A stretch of DNA of 64,000 nucleotides from positions 18,836-82,835 of the forward strand of contig JAFTPX010000046.1 in assembly GCA_017463065.1 (NCBI GenBank), read 5' to 3'. A program made the translations under genes and the position numbers. Of the stretch, positions 39,498 through 49,929 are shown one piece after another. Numbering within the stretch: position 1 is the stretch's first letter; every line of letters begins with the position of its first letter. Source of the stretch: Clostridia bacterium (GTDB lineage Bacteria; Bacillota; Clostridia; Oscillospirales; CAG-272). The notes beneath the pieces were generated by a model. That model was not told where the DNA came from and made no database searches. It worked only from the letters and a program-made list of their open reading frames with translations.

Positions 39498-40841
39498 ATG
39501 AACTTTGATGGGGTAAAAAATACGTTGATCGCCGAAGCCAATCGGGTGGGACTTGCGGATTATGAAGTATATTTTATGGAATCCTCGGGCATCAGTACCG
39601 AAACACTGAGGCATGAAATCTCTTCCTTTTCCTCGGGCGTGAGCGGCGGCGTGTGCTTTCGTTGTATCGTGGACGGACACATGGGAAACGCTTCTACCGA
39701 GCTTCTGACTGAGGAGGAAATGCGGGCACTGGTGGCACGTGCCGTTGCCAACGCAAAAAATATTGAGAACGATGACAAGGCGATCTTGTTTGCGGGCTCG
39801 GAGAGATATGAGACGGTAACGCTTCCCACGGTGGAGCGTCCCGCTTCCGCGGAGCTGAAGGAAATCGCTTTGCGGATGCAGAAGCAAACCTACAAGGGAA
39901 GCGAATTCGTGACGGACGGTACTCAATCGGGGGTGTTTTCCGATGAGATCCGCATGGAGCTGATGAATTCTCACGGACTTCGTCTGTCTAACCGTGTGGC
40001 AATGAGCGGCGCTTTCGTGCAGGCGGTGATCCAGAAGGACGGAGAATCGCAGGAGGCGTTTGATTTTAATCTGGGACTGCAGTCGGAGGAGCTGAAGAAG
40101 CTTTCCGACAAAGCCTTGGAGGAGGCACTTTCCAAGCTGGGAGCAGTTGAGATCCCCTCGGGAAAATACGACGTGATTATTAGCGCGAAGCAAATGCGCT
40201 CCTTACTGTCGGCGTTTTCGTCGGTGTTTTCGGCAAAGCAGGCACAGCTGGGTCTCTCTCTCCTGAAGGGGAAAGAGGGCGAGAAGGTTGCCGCCGATTT
40301 TCTGACGCTGGTGGATGATCCCATGCGAGAGGGATGTCCTATGCAGACTCCCTTTGACGGGGAGGGCGTGGCGACCTACAAAAAGAACGTCATCGAGAAC
40401 GGTGTGCTGAAAACGCTGCTCTACGATCTTGCTACCGCAGACCGCGCCGGCGTTTCCTCTACGGGTAACGGTCAGCGTGTCAGCTATTCTACCGCTCCCC
40501 AGATCAGCCCCTACAGCTTTTATTTGGCGGCTGGGAAGCAGAGCGGAGAGGGATTGAAGAAAACCATGGGGGATGGCTTGTATATTACCGAATTCAAGGG
40601 AATGCACGCGGGCTGTAACGCCGTGACGGGTGATTTTTCCATTGAAAGCGCGGGATATACGGTTCGGGACGGACAGCTTTGTGAGGCGGTAAAGTCCTTT
40701 ACCGTGGCGGGCAATTTCTTTGACCTCTTGAAGGCAATCGAAGCTGTGTCCGATACCGTGGAATTCGGAATTCCCTCGGGCTTTACCGTGTTCGGTTCCC
40801 CCGACGTGCTGATCCGACAGATGAGTATTGCGGGAAAATGA
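39498..40841 (+). CDS. pmbA: TldD partner PmbA/TldE
   Basis: 447 aa, same fold family, no HExxxH motif. Lies immediately downstream of tldD. Confidence 0.85.
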   Translation: MNFDGVKNTLIAEANRVGLADYEVYFMESSGISTETLRHEISSFSSGVSGGVCFRCIVDGHMGNASTELLTEEEMRALVARAVANAKNIENDDKAILFAGSERYETVTLPTVERPASAELKEIALRMQKQTYKGSEFVTDGTQSGVFSDEIRMELMNSHGLRLSNRVAMSGAFVQAVIQKDGESQEAFDFNLGLQSEELKKLSDKALEEALSKLGAVEIPSGKYDVIISAKQMRSLLSAFSSVFSAKQAQLGLSLLKGKEGEKVAADFLTLVDDPMREGCPMQTPFDGEGVATYKKNVIENGVLKTLLYDLATADRAGVSSTGNGQRVSYSTAPQISPYSFYLAAGKQSGEGLKKTMGDGLYITEFKGMHAGCNAVTGDFSIESAGYTVRDGQLCEAVKSFTVAGNFFDLLKAIEAVSDTVEFGIPSGFTVFGSPDVLIRQMSIAGK

Positions 40842-40860
40842 GAAAATTTCGCTGATTTTG

Positions 40861-40889
40861 TTGACAATTTTCATTCTCTGTGATACAAT
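40861..40889 (+). promoter_or_regulatory. sigma-A promoter of glyQS
   Basis: TTGACA (40861-40866), 17 nt, TGaTACAAT (TACAAT at 40884-40889). Confidence 0.8.
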
Positions 40890-40941
40890 GATATATTATA
40901 TCAAAACGACATTCTTTGTGTGAAAAGAAAGGACTACAACC

Positions 40942-42345
40942 ATGCTGAATACCGAAAAAACAATGGACAAAATCGTAGCGCTGTGTAAAACCAGAGGCTT
41001 TATTTTCCCCGGATCCGAGATCTACGGCGGTCTTGCCAACACTTGGGATTACGGTCCTCTGGGCGTTGAGCTGAAGAACAACGTCAAGAAGGCTTGGTGG
41101 AAGAAATTTGTTCAGGAAAACAAGTATAATGTGGGTCTGGACGCCGCCATTCTGATGAACCCCCAGACGTGGGTGGCATCGGGTCACCTGGCAGGCTTCT
41201 CCGATCCTTTGATGGACTGCCGCGAGTGCCATGAGCGTTTCCGCGCTGACAAGCTGATCGAGGATTGGTGTGCCGAGACGGGATTTGTACTTCCCAAGCC
41301 TATCGATGCCTTCAGCCATGCTGAAATGAAGGAATTTGTAGAGGAGCACAATATTCCTTGTCCCACCTGCGGCAAGCATAACTTTACCGATATCCGTCAG
41401 TTCAATCTGATGTTCAAGACCTTCCAGGGTGTTACCGAGGATGCGAAGAATACCGTATATCTCCGTCCCGAGACGGCGCAGGGTATCTTTACCAACTTTG
41501 TCAGCGTGCAGCGTACCACCCGTAAGAAGCTACCCTTTGGTATCGCGCAGATCGGTAAGTCCTTCCGTAACGAGATTACCCCCGGTAACTTCATTTTCCG
41601 TGTCCGTGAGTTTGAGCAGATGGAGCTGGAGTTCTTCTGCAAGCCCGGTACCGATCTGGAGTGGTTCAACTACTGGCGTTCCTTCTGCCGCGACTGGTTG
41701 CTTGCCATCGGTCTCAAAGAGGAGAATATCCGTCTGCGTGACCATGATCCCGAGGAGCTTTGCTTCTATTCCAAGGCAACCACCGACTTTGAGTTTCTGT
41801 TCCCCTTCGGATGGGGCGAGCTGTGGGGCGTAGCTGACCGTACCGACTATGACCTGACCCAGCATCAGAACACCTCGGGCAAGGATCTGACCTACTTCGA
41901 TCCCGAAACAAATGAACACTATATTCCTTACGTGGTAGAGCCAAGTCTTGGTGTGGAGAGAAGCGTGCTTGCCGTTTTGTGCGATGCGTACGATGAGGAG
42001 GTTGTGGATCCCGCTAAGAACGATACCCGTGTGGTTATGCACCTGCATCCCGCGCTGGCACCCTTCAAGGCAGCGGTTTTGCCTCTGTCCAAAAAGCTCT
42101 CTGAGGGTGCGGATGCCGTATTTACCGAGCTGTCCAAATACTTTAGCGTAGATTACGATGAGGCAGGCTCGATCGGTAAGCGTTACCGCCGTCAGGATGA
42201 GATCGGTACCCCTCTGTGTATTACTTATGACTTTGATTCCGAAACCGACAACTGCGTAACGGTTCGTGACAGAGATACCATGGAGCAGGTTCGTATCCCG
42301 ATCACCGAGCTGAAGGCATATATCGAGAAGGCAATCGAATTTTGA
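40942..42345 (+). CDS. glyQS: glycine--tRNA ligase (homodimeric type)
   Basis: 467 aa. Motifs: [13 protein letters not shown], class II motifs ([21 protein letters not shown]), C-terminal anticodon-binding domain. Confidence 0.95.
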   Translation: MLNTEKTMDKIVALCKTRGFIFPGSEIYGGLANTWDYGPLGVELKNNVKKAWWKKFVQENKYNVGLDAAILMNPQTWVASGHLAGFSDPLMDCRECHERFRADKLIEDWCAETGFVLPKPIDAFSHAEMKEFVEEHNIPCPTCGKHNFTDIRQFNLMFKTFQGVTEDAKNTVYLRPETAQGIFTNFVSVQRTTRKKLPFGIAQIGKSFRNEITPGNFIFRVREFEQMELEFFCKPGTDLEWFNYWRSFCRDWLLAIGLKEENIRLRDHDPEELCFYSKATTDFEFLFPFGWGELWGVADRTDYDLTQHQNTSGKDLTYFDPETNEHYIPYVVEPSLGVERSVLAVLCDAYDEEVVDPAKNDTRVVMHLHPALAPFKAAVLPLSKKLSEGADAVFTELSKYFSVDYDEAGSIGKRYRRQDEIGTPLCITYDFDSETDNCVTVRDRDTMEQVRIPITELKAYIEKAIEF

Positions 42346-42395
42346 TCAAAAGAAAGATTCATTTAGCGCAAACCTAAAAAATTCCAAATAAGACG

Positions 42396-42437
42396 ACCGC
42401 TTTTCCTATCCAAAAATGCTAGGGAAAGCGGTTTTTG
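42396..42437 (+). terminator. intrinsic terminator after glyQS
   Basis: ACCGCTTTTCCT-(13 nt)-AGGGAAAGCGGT, followed by TTTTGG. Confidence 0.85.
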
Positions 42438-42521
42438 GCGTCTTTGTGGATTCTTGGGGCGATGGAACAGCTTTTTTGCTCAAAAAAACGCAAAAAACTT
42501 GGGGGAATCTGAAAAAAGTTC

Positions 42522-42550
42522 TTGAATTCACGATGTGAATATGATATAAT
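42522..42550 (+). promoter_or_regulatory. sigma-A promoter of cdaA
   Basis: TTGAAT (42522-42527), 17 nt, TGaTATAAT (TATAAT at 42545-42550). Confidence 0.75.
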
Positions 42551-42600
42551 TAAAATAGGGTATTTCTTAAATTTCGATCGGGTTTGAAAGAGGTGACAAG

Positions 42601-43488
42601 GTGCAACAGATCACGGAAATATGGAAGTATATTTGCGTATACGTAGATGAATATGTGATTTCCACGATCAAGCAAATCGGTTGGCTTGACGTAGTGGATA
42701 TTCTTTTGCTTTCGATCATTTTCTTCTTCCTTTATCGGTTCGTTCGGGACCGTCGAGCGGGAAAGCTTTTGATCGGTGTTGCTTGCGTAGTGATTCTTTC
42801 CTTAGTGGGAGATGCGTTGGAGCTACCCGCTATTCGGTTTGTGTTCAGTGATTTTCGCCAGATTGGTGTGATCGCCATTCTGATCCTGTTCCAGCCCGAG
42901 CTGAGAAGCGCATTGGAAAAGGTGGGCGGCACGCCCTTGTCGGGAATTCGGAATATTACCGACGGAGCTAAGGATCTTTCTTCTCTTAGTGCGGATATCG
43001 ACGGAATTTGCTCCGCTGTCAGCGACCTGTCCCGTGAAAAGGTTGGCGCGCTGATTGTCATCGAGCGATCTACGAAGCTTGGCGAATACGTGAAATCGGG
43101 TGTAATCGTGGATGCTACGATCTCCCCCTATCTTTTGCGGAATATTTTCTTTAACAACGCACCCTTGCACGACGGTGCCGTTATCATTCGCGCGGGACGT
43201 GTCTGTGCTGCGGGTTGCTTCTTGCCGCTTTCCACTAAGGAGGATATCGACAAGAATCTGGGAACACGCCATCGGGCGGCGATCGGTATGTCTGAAATCA
43301 GTGACGCGATTGTGATCGTGGTTTCCGAGGAAACGGGGATGATCTCCCTTTCGGTAGACGGAAATCTGAAGAGAAATTTCAACTATAATTCCCTCAAACA
43401 GGAGCTGAATAGAATGCTGGTCCATCAGGGATCCAACGATCATGCGAAAAAGCATCGCAAAGAGAAGCGCTCTTTTGAGGGCAAATGA
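42601..43488 (+). CDS. cdaA: diadenylate cyclase CdaA (membrane-anchored)
   Basis: 295 aa, GTG start behind an AGAGGTGA RBS. Three N-terminal TM helices, then a DAC domain with PLHDGAVII and GTRHRAA motifs. Confidence 0.93.
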   Translation: MQQITEIWKYICVYVDEYVISTIKQIGWLDVVDILLLSIIFFFLYRFVRDRRAGKLLIGVACVVILSLVGDALELPAIRFVFSDFRQIGVIAILILFQPELRSALEKVGGTPLSGIRNITDGAKDLSSLSADIDGICSAVSDLSREKVGALIVIERSTKLGEYVKSGVIVDATISPYLLRNIFFNNAPLHDGAVIIRAGRVCAAGCFLPLSTKEDIDKNLGTRHRAAIGMSEISDAIVIVVSEETGMISLSVDGNLKRNFNYNSLKQELNRMLVHQGSNDHAKKHRKEKRSFEGK

Positions 43489-43742
43489 ACTCGTTTGCTT
43501 GCGGAATGGAGGAATCGATGTCGAAGCGGAAACAAAATGAAATGATGTCGGATGACGGTACTTACGTCGTCAAGAAAAATCGAAAAATGAATATCGTCGC
43601 GTTTATCCTTTGTGTATTGATTGCCGCGGTCATTTGGCTTTACGCAACCAATATCGAAGAAAAAGAGCGGGAAGAGGGACGAACAGATTCCGTTTCCTCC
43701 ACACAGGCGATGACCCAAGCCGGTGATATCGCTTCGCTTTGA
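43485..43742 (+). CDS. small single-pass membrane protein, translationally coupled to cdaA (occupies the CdaR position but lacks YbbR domains)
   Basis: ATGA overlap with the cdaA stop. 85 aa. One TM helix (IVAFILCVLIAAVIWLYA) followed by a short acidic tail. Confidence 0.55.
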   Translation: MNSFACGMEESMSKRKQNEMMSDDGTYVVKKNRKMNIVAFILCVLIAAVIWLYATNIEEKEREEGRTDSVSSTQAMTQAGDIASL

Positions 43743-43757
43743 GACAAGGATCGGAAC

Positions 43758-45380
43758 ATGCCTGACGAAAAAACTGTTGGCTTTTTAATAAATGGGATCG
43801 GTTTATCTCCCGACGCCGAGGAACAAGAGGCGTGCGCGATTGCCGCATCCGAGTTGAAGCGTGCAGGGATTTCCCCTGCACGACTTCGTTTTGATATTTA
43901 TAAGCGCTCCGTGGACGCAAGGAAAAAGGATCGGGTGCTGTTGGTTTACTCAGTTGCCGTAACGGCGAAGGATGGCGGCACGGTTTCCTTGCCGAAAAAA
44001 CTAAACTATTCCGTGTCCCCCTTGTATGACCGTTCCGTAGAGATCTCTTACGGTAAGCGGAGGCAGGAGGCACCGCCCTTGGTGGTGGGGATGGGACCTG
44101 CGGGACTGTTTTGCGCTTTACTGTTGGCGGAGCACGGCTACCGTCCCATGATCATAGACAGAGGCGACTCGGTGGCAGATCGATGCCGTGCTCACGATCG
44201 CTTTGTCAAGGAGGGACGTTTGGATCCCGAATCCAATATCCAGTTTGGCGCAGGCGGCGCGGGAACCTTTTCGGACGGAAAGCTGTTGACCAGAATTAAC
44301 GATCCGAAAACGTCGTATGTGTTGCGTCGCTTTTGCGATTTCGGTGCGCCCGAGGAAATCCTGACTGCCGCTAAGCCCCACATCGGAACCGATCTTTTGG
44401 TTGGAATCGTGGACAAAATGCTCCTTCGGATAGAAGAGCTGGGTGGACGGGTGCTGTACCGATGCCGTTTGGACGGAATCCGCAGATCGGCGGATGGCGG
44501 CGTGATTGCTGAAACAACAAAGGGAGAGATTGCTTGCTCGGCTATGGTTTTAGCACTTGGACACAGCGCGAGAGATACCTACGGTATGTTGATGAAAAAC
44601 GGATTTGCCGTAGAAGCGAAGCCCTTTTCCGTGGGCGTGCGGATCGAGCATCTGCAAGAACGGATTGACGAGGCTTTGTACGGACGGTTTGCGGGGCATC
44701 CGAAGCTGGGGCGGGGCGAATATCATTTGTCCGATACCACCTCGGGCAGAGGTGTGTATACCTTCTGTATGTGTCCCGGTGGACAGGTGGTTGCCGCCGC
44801 TTCCGAGGAAGGCGGCGTCGTGGTCAACGGGATGAGCCGATATGCCAGAGACGGAAGGAATGCTAACTCCGCCGTTTGTGTATCGGTACGTCCCGAGGAT
44901 TACGGAGCGACCCCCGAGGGAGCGATCGCCTTTCAGAGAAGCTTGGAGCGGGCGGCGTTTTCGGCGGGGGGAAGGGATTACTTCGCGCCGATGCAGACGG
45001 TGGGGGATTTCCTTTCGGGAAATCGCGGAACCGAGCCGTCGTCGGTACTGCCGTCCTATCGGGACGGTCGCGTGAGGTTGGCGTCGATGGACGATTGTCT
45101 TCCAGCGTTTGTTTGCGAGGAATTGAGAAGGGGCTTGGTCAGCTTTGATCGAAAGCTTCACGGCTTTGCAGCATCGGAAGCGGTTCTTAGCGGAGTGGAA
45201 ACCCGTACCTCCGCTCCCGTCCGCATTCTCAGAACAGAAGAAATGACAGCCTTGGGACATGACAGGATTTATCCCTGCGGGGAAGGCGCGGGCTATGCGG
45301 GCGGCATTACCAGCGCGGCGGTGGACGGTATTCGAGCCGCTCAGAATATGATTGGGCGGTTTGCCCCCTTTTTGGAGTGA
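43758..45380 (+). CDS. uncharacterized FAD-dependent dehydrogenase (COG2509-like)
   Basis: 540 aa. Dinucleotide-binding motif VVGMGPAGLFCALLLAEHG and C-terminal GEGAGYAGGI, typical of this family. Confidence 0.8.
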   Translation: MPDEKTVGFLINGIGLSPDAEEQEACAIAASELKRAGISPARLRFDIYKRSVDARKKDRVLLVYSVAVTAKDGGTVSLPKKLNYSVSPLYDRSVEISYGKRRQEAPPLVVGMGPAGLFCALLLAEHGYRPMIIDRGDSVADRCRAHDRFVKEGRLDPESNIQFGAGGAGTFSDGKLLTRINDPKTSYVLRRFCDFGAPEEILTAAKPHIGTDLLVGIVDKMLLRIEELGGRVLYRCRLDGIRRSADGGVIAETTKGEIACSAMVLALGHSARDTYGMLMKNGFAVEAKPFSVGVRIEHLQERIDEALYGRFAGHPKLGRGEYHLSDTTSGRGVYTFCMCPGGQVVAAASEEGGVVVNGMSRYARDGRNANSAVCVSVRPEDYGATPEGAIAFQRSLERAAFSAGGRDYFAPMQTVGDFLSGNRGTEPSSVLPSYRDGRVRLASMDDCLPAFVCEELRRGLVSFDRKLHGFAASEAVLSGVETRTSAPVRILRTEEMTALGHDRIYPCGEGAGYAGGITSAAVDGIRAAQNMIGRFAPFLE

Positions 45381-45426
45381 AAAAAGGCGGAAAACCGTCG
45401 CGATCAATGAAAATTGAGGTAAACCC

Positions 45427-47613
45427 ATGAAAAAAATCAAAAGAGAGAAGGTGTGGGAGGAAACGTATACCTTCGGAGACGCGAAACGGGATGCGGAGAT
45501 CCGTGAGATTGCTCGAACGATGGGCGTTTCGGAGCTCTTTGCCGTTTTGTTGGTGAATCGGGGGTATCATTCTGCCGAGGCGGCGGAACGATTCCTGCGA
45601 TTGGAGCAGGAGGGCTTCCACGATCCTTATCTTCTTACCGATATGGAAGCGGCGGTGAATCGGATTTTTGCCGCTGTGGAGAATGGAGAAAAAATTACCA
45701 TCTACGGAGACTACGACGTGGACGGTGTCACGTCGGTTACGGCTTTATATCTGTATTTGAAGGAGCTTGGCGCCGAGGTGGGGATTAAGATTCCCAAACG
45801 GGAAGGGGAGGGCTACGGCGTTTCCTGCGCGGCGGTGGACGCACTGGCGCGGGAAGGAACCCGCCTGATCATTACCGTGGATACGGGAATTACGGCGAAT
45901 GCCGAGGTGGAGTACGCAGCCGAGCTTGGTGTGGATTTCGTGGTGACCGATCACCATGAATGTCGCGCGGAATTGCCCGCCGCTTGCGCGGTGGTGAATC
46001 CCCATCGGGCGGATTGCTTATATCCCTTTCGGGAGCTTGCGGGCGTTGGCGTTGTATTCAAACTGCTTTGCGCTTGCGAAATGAAACGCTGTCGTGATGT
46101 GGGAGAGCCGATTCTCAACGGAATCCGACGTGTTTGTATGGAATATTCGGATCTGACCGCGGTGGGAACGATTGCGGACGTGATGCCTGTGGTGGATGAG
46201 AACCGTTTGATCGTCAGCTTGGGGTTGAAGCGAATGGAGCGGTCTGCCCGTCCAGGCTTGCGGGCACTGATCGAGGCATCCTCTTCTCGGAAGAGCGGGG
46301 ATGACACGGCGAAAAAGATTACATCAGGAACCATCGGCTTTGGGATTGCTCCCAGAATCAATGCGGCGGGACGGATCAGCGATGCCGCTATTGCGGTTCG
46401 CCTACTTCTGGAAGAAGACGAGGAGCGGGCACGGATTCAGGCGGAGGAGCTTTGTGAGATCAACCGTCGCCGTCAAGCGGAGGAGAATCGAATCGCTACC
46501 GAGGCTTATGATCAGATCGAGGCATCCTTTGATCCGAAAAACGATACGGTGATCGTATTGGATAGCAATTATTGGCACCAAGGAATTATCGGAATCGTTT
46601 CCTCCAGAATTACCGAACGGTACGGCTTGCCCTCTATTCTGGTTTCCTTTGACGGAAACGAGGGGGAAGAAAATCCGCTAGATGACGGAAAGGGATCGGG
46701 ACGAAGTGTCAAGGGCATGAATCTGGTCGAAGCGCTTACTTATTGTGAAGATTTGTTGGTGAAGTACGGAGGACATGAGCTTGCGGCGGGACTGACCGTC
46801 AAGAGAGGAAATTTAGAGGCATTTCGACAGAAAATCAACGAATATGCAAAAAAGCATTTGACCGAGGAGATGTTGGCGATCCGCATGGAGGCGGATTGCG
46901 CCCTTTCCATGAAAGATATTACCATGGATTTCGCGCGGGAAATTTCCTTGCTGGAGCCCTTTGGCGTGGGCAATACTTCTCCTGTTTTTGTGATAAAGAA
47001 CGTGAACGTTAAGAAAATCACCCATATCGGAGGCGGAAAGCATACCCGCCTGCTTCTGGAGCGAGACGGTATTTGCCTGACCGCCCTGTATTTCGGTATC
47101 GGCGAGGGAGAGCTTGGCTTTGAGTGCGGCGACGCCATTGACGTACTGTTCCATATTGATATCAACGACTATAAAAACGTGCAAAGCGTGCAAATGATCG
47201 TACAAGACGCAAGAATGGCGGAAGCCTTTACAAGCCGTTTTGACGAACAGAAAAAGCGATATGAGGAGATTGCGGCGGGTGCCGTCTACGGTGCGGAGGA
47301 AAACGTATTGCCAGATCGGGACGACTTTGCCCTTGTGTATAAAATTTTAAGACGGGAATTTCGAATGGGAACCAGCGTGATGGATCAGAAGGGACTTCTG
47401 AAGCAGATCAACGGTGCCGCGGAAGGAAATTCCATGACTTACATAAAGCTCAAGTATATTCTTCGGATTCTCAATGAGCTGAAGATCTGTGAGATTGAGG
47501 AGCTGGACGAGGATATTTACCGTTTTTGCGTGCTTTTCCATGCGTCCAAAACCAGCATTGATAAATCTTCTATTTTGAAAAAGCTTCGCAATCAGTGTTC
47601 CGCTCGGATCTGA
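45427..47613 (+). CDS. recJ: single-stranded-DNA-specific exonuclease RecJ
   Basis: 728 aa. DHH motifs (GDYDVDGVTS, TVDTG, TDHHE), DHHA1 domain (GGHELAAG) and a long C-terminal extension. Confidence 0.93.
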   Translation: MKKIKREKVWEETYTFGDAKRDAEIREIARTMGVSELFAVLLVNRGYHSAEAAERFLRLEQEGFHDPYLLTDMEAAVNRIFAAVENGEKITIYGDYDVDGVTSVTALYLYLKELGAEVGIKIPKREGEGYGVSCAAVDALAREGTRLIITVDTGITANAEVEYAAELGVDFVVTDHHECRAELPAACAVVNPHRADCLYPFRELAGVGVVFKLLCACEMKRCRDVGEPILNGIRRVCMEYSDLTAVGTIADVMPVVDENRLIVSLGLKRMERSARPGLRALIEASSSRKSGDDTAKKITSGTIGFGIAPRINAAGRISDAAIAVRLLLEEDEERARIQAEELCEINRRRQAEENRIATEAYDQIEASFDPKNDTVIVLDSNYWHQGIIGIVSSRITERYGLPSILVSFDGNEGEENPLDDGKGSGRSVKGMNLVEALTYCEDLLVKYGGHELAAGLTVKRGNLEAFRQKINEYAKKHLTEEMLAIRMEADCALSMKDITMDFAREISLLEPFGVGNTSPVFVIKNVNVKKITHIGGGKHTRLLLERDGICLTALYFGIGEGELGFECGDAIDVLFHIDINDYKNVQSVQMIVQDARMAEAFTSRFDEQKKRYEEIAAGAVYGAEENVLPDRDDFALVYKILRREFRMGTSVMDQKGLLKQINGAAEGNSMTYIKLKYILRILNELKICEIEELDEDIYRFCVLFHASKTSIDKSSILKKLRNQCSARI

Positions 47614-47679
47614 ACGGATCACTGATTCGTAGGAGATCCGCGATCCGCTTCCTTAGAGGGGATAGAAAGGTTGTGACAG

Positions 47680-49911
47680 ATGTCAAGTGAAAAATATATC
47701 GGTTGCGTGCGTCTTGTGGAGATGCTGAACGCATCGGGAAAAAATTACAATATGGAGAAAATCCGACAGGCATGCGACTATGCGGAGGCGTTGCACGAGG
47801 GACAGTTTCGAGTCAGCGGCGAACCGTATATCTCTCATCCTGTGGCGGTTGCGGAAATTGTGGCAAGCCTTGGGCTGGATACCAATTCGATTTGTGCTGC
47901 CCTGTTACACGATACGGTGGAGGATTGCTCGGATAAGACCAATCTGAAGGAGATTGAGGATCGCTTTGGCAAAGAAGTGGCGATGCTGGTGGACGGGCTG
48001 ACCAAGCTGGTAACTCCGAATATCGAGGACAAGGAAGAGGCGCATATTGAAAACATCCGAAAAATGCTGCTTGCCATGTCCCGTGACGTTCGCGTGATTT
48101 TTATTAAGCTGTGCGACCGTCTGCACAATATGCGAACGCTAGCGGTTAAGCCTGATCCCAAGCGCCGCAGTACGGCGCTGGAGACGATGCACGTCTATGC
48201 GCCGCTGGCACACCGTCTGGGTATGCAAAAGTTGAAGCAGGAGCTGGAAAACCTTTGCATTTCATATCTTGACCCCATTGGTTACGCGGAGATCCAGAGT
48301 TATATTGAGGAAAAATACGGGGAAAACGTAGGCTTCATCGATAAGCTTCAAAAGCAGGTAGCCAAGCGGTTGGAGGAAAATCATATCCATTTTGAGCTGA
48401 AGGGAAGAATCAAATCAGTTTACAGCATCTATCGGAAGATGTTTAATCAGAATAAGAATTTTGACCAAATTTACGATTTTTACGCCTTGCGTATCATCGT
48501 AGATACCGAATTGGAATGTTATACTGCCTTCGGCTTGATCCACGAAATGTTTAAATCGGTTCCCGGTCGGTTCAAGGATTATATTTCTACGCCCAAGCCC
48601 AATATGTATCAATCTCTGCATACCACTGTAATCGGTCGGGAAGGAATCCCCTTTGAGGTGCAGATCCGTACGTGGGATATGCACCACGTGGCGGAATACG
48701 GTATTGCGGCGCACTGGAAATACAAATCGGGAGAAAAATCCAAGGAGGAGATCGATAAAAAGCTGGAATGGATTTCCCGTCTGGTGGAAACCGAGGACGA
48801 AGCCAAGGATCCCGATGAATTTCTCAATGCGCTCAAGACCGATATCTTTCACGACGAGACCTTTGTTTTTACCCCCAAGGGAGATGTGATTGCCCTTCCG
48901 CAGGGAGCAACGGTGATTGATTTCGCCTATGCGATCCACTCGGGGGTCGGCAATAAAATGGTGGGGGCGAAGATCAACGGAACCATCGTGCCCATTGACC
49001 GTATACCCGAAACGGGAGACATCGTGGAGATTTTGACCTCGTCTTCCTCCAAGGGACCCAGCCGTGACTGGCTGACCATCGTCAAAACCAGCGAGGCGAG
49101 AACGAAGATTCGCGGTTGGTTTAAGAAAGAAAAGCGTGCGGACAATATCGTGGCGGGTAAGGCAATGATCGATGCGGAGATCCGTCATTTTACCAAGAGC
49201 TGTACCGAGACGAAGCGAAACGAACTGGTGGCTGCCGTGGGTAAGCGACTTGGCTTTATGAGTGCGGATGATCTGTATAATACTCTGGGATACGGCGGTA
49301 TTTCCATGGGAAAGCTGTCGGGAAAGCTTCGGGACGAATACGAGCGTACCTTGGAAGCAGCCGAAGCGGAGGTTCAGGAGAAGCAGCCCATCACTGTGGA
49401 GCAGGTCAAAACGGTGGCAACTCCCAAGACCCTGCGATCGGGCGGCGGTATCGTGGTGGACGGAGAAACGGGATGCTACGTGAAATTTGCCCGTTGTTGT
49501 AATCCCTTGCCCGGTGACGAGGTCATCGGCTTTATTACCAAAGGCTTTGGTATTTCGATTCACAAATGCGACTGTCCCAACGTGCAGAATGCCAAGCTTA
49601 TTCCGGAAAATGCGGAGCGCTGGGTAGACGCCCATTGGGAAGCCGCTTCCCAGAATGCCTCCGAGCAAGATATGTATGAGGCGCAGATTACCGTTTACGT
49701 GATGGATCGCCTTGGAATTATCGCGGACATTTCGGTGGCGCTGTCCGATATGAAGGTGTTTTTGCTACAGATCAATACGACAAGCAGTCATTCGGGACGG
49801 ACTATTATCAATTTGAAGATCAGCTGTAAAAACGTTGAGCATTATCGTTCCATTGTTTCCCGTCTGAAATCTATTGACGGCGTAATTGACGTAACGAGAG
49901 GCTTTTCGTAA
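47680..49911 (+). CDS. relA: bifunctional (p)ppGpp synthetase/hydrolase Rel
   Basis: 743 aa. HD hydrolase (HPVAVA, HDTVED), synthetase block (RIKSVYSIYRKM, DFYALRIIV), TGS and ACT domains. An alternative later start at 47722 is possible. Confidence 0.95.
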   Translation: MSSEKYIGCVRLVEMLNASGKNYNMEKIRQACDYAEALHEGQFRVSGEPYISHPVAVAEIVASLGLDTNSICAALLHDTVEDCSDKTNLKEIEDRFGKEVAMLVDGLTKLVTPNIEDKEEAHIENIRKMLLAMSRDVRVIFIKLCDRLHNMRTLAVKPDPKRRSTALETMHVYAPLAHRLGMQKLKQELENLCISYLDPIGYAEIQSYIEEKYGENVGFIDKLQKQVAKRLEENHIHFELKGRIKSVYSIYRKMFNQNKNFDQIYDFYALRIIVDTELECYTAFGLIHEMFKSVPGRFKDYISTPKPNMYQSLHTTVIGREGIPFEVQIRTWDMHHVAEYGIAAHWKYKSGEKSKEEIDKKLEWISRLVETEDEAKDPDEFLNALKTDIFHDETFVFTPKGDVIALPQGATVIDFAYAIHSGVGNKMVGAKINGTIVPIDRIPETGDIVEILTSSSSKGPSRDWLTIVKTSEARTKIRGWFKKEKRADNIVAGKAMIDAEIRHFTKSCTETKRNELVAAVGKRLGFMSADDLYNTLGYGGISMGKLSGKLRDEYERTLEAAEAEVQEKQPITVEQVKTVATPKTLRSGGGIVVDGETGCYVKFARCCNPLPGDEVIGFITKGFGISIHKCDCPNVQNAKLIPENAERWVDAHWEAASQNASEQDMYEAQITVYVMDRLGIIADISVALSDMKVFLLQINTTSSHSGRTIINLKISCKNVEHYRSIVSRLKSIDGVIDVTRGFS

Positions 49912-49929
49912 GATCGAAAGGAACGTATT

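Noticed and set aside
40890-40941. An expected glycine T-box upstream of glyQS
   Set aside because: Only about 45 nt separate the predicted TSS from the ATG, and no T-box motifs are present. In this window glyQS appears to be driven by a plain promoter.
47614-47679. A weak hairpin, CGGATC..GATCCG, after recJ as a possible terminator
   Set aside because: It has 6 bp, a 14-nt loop and no U-tract. That is too weak to call, and recJ and rel may be co-transcribed.
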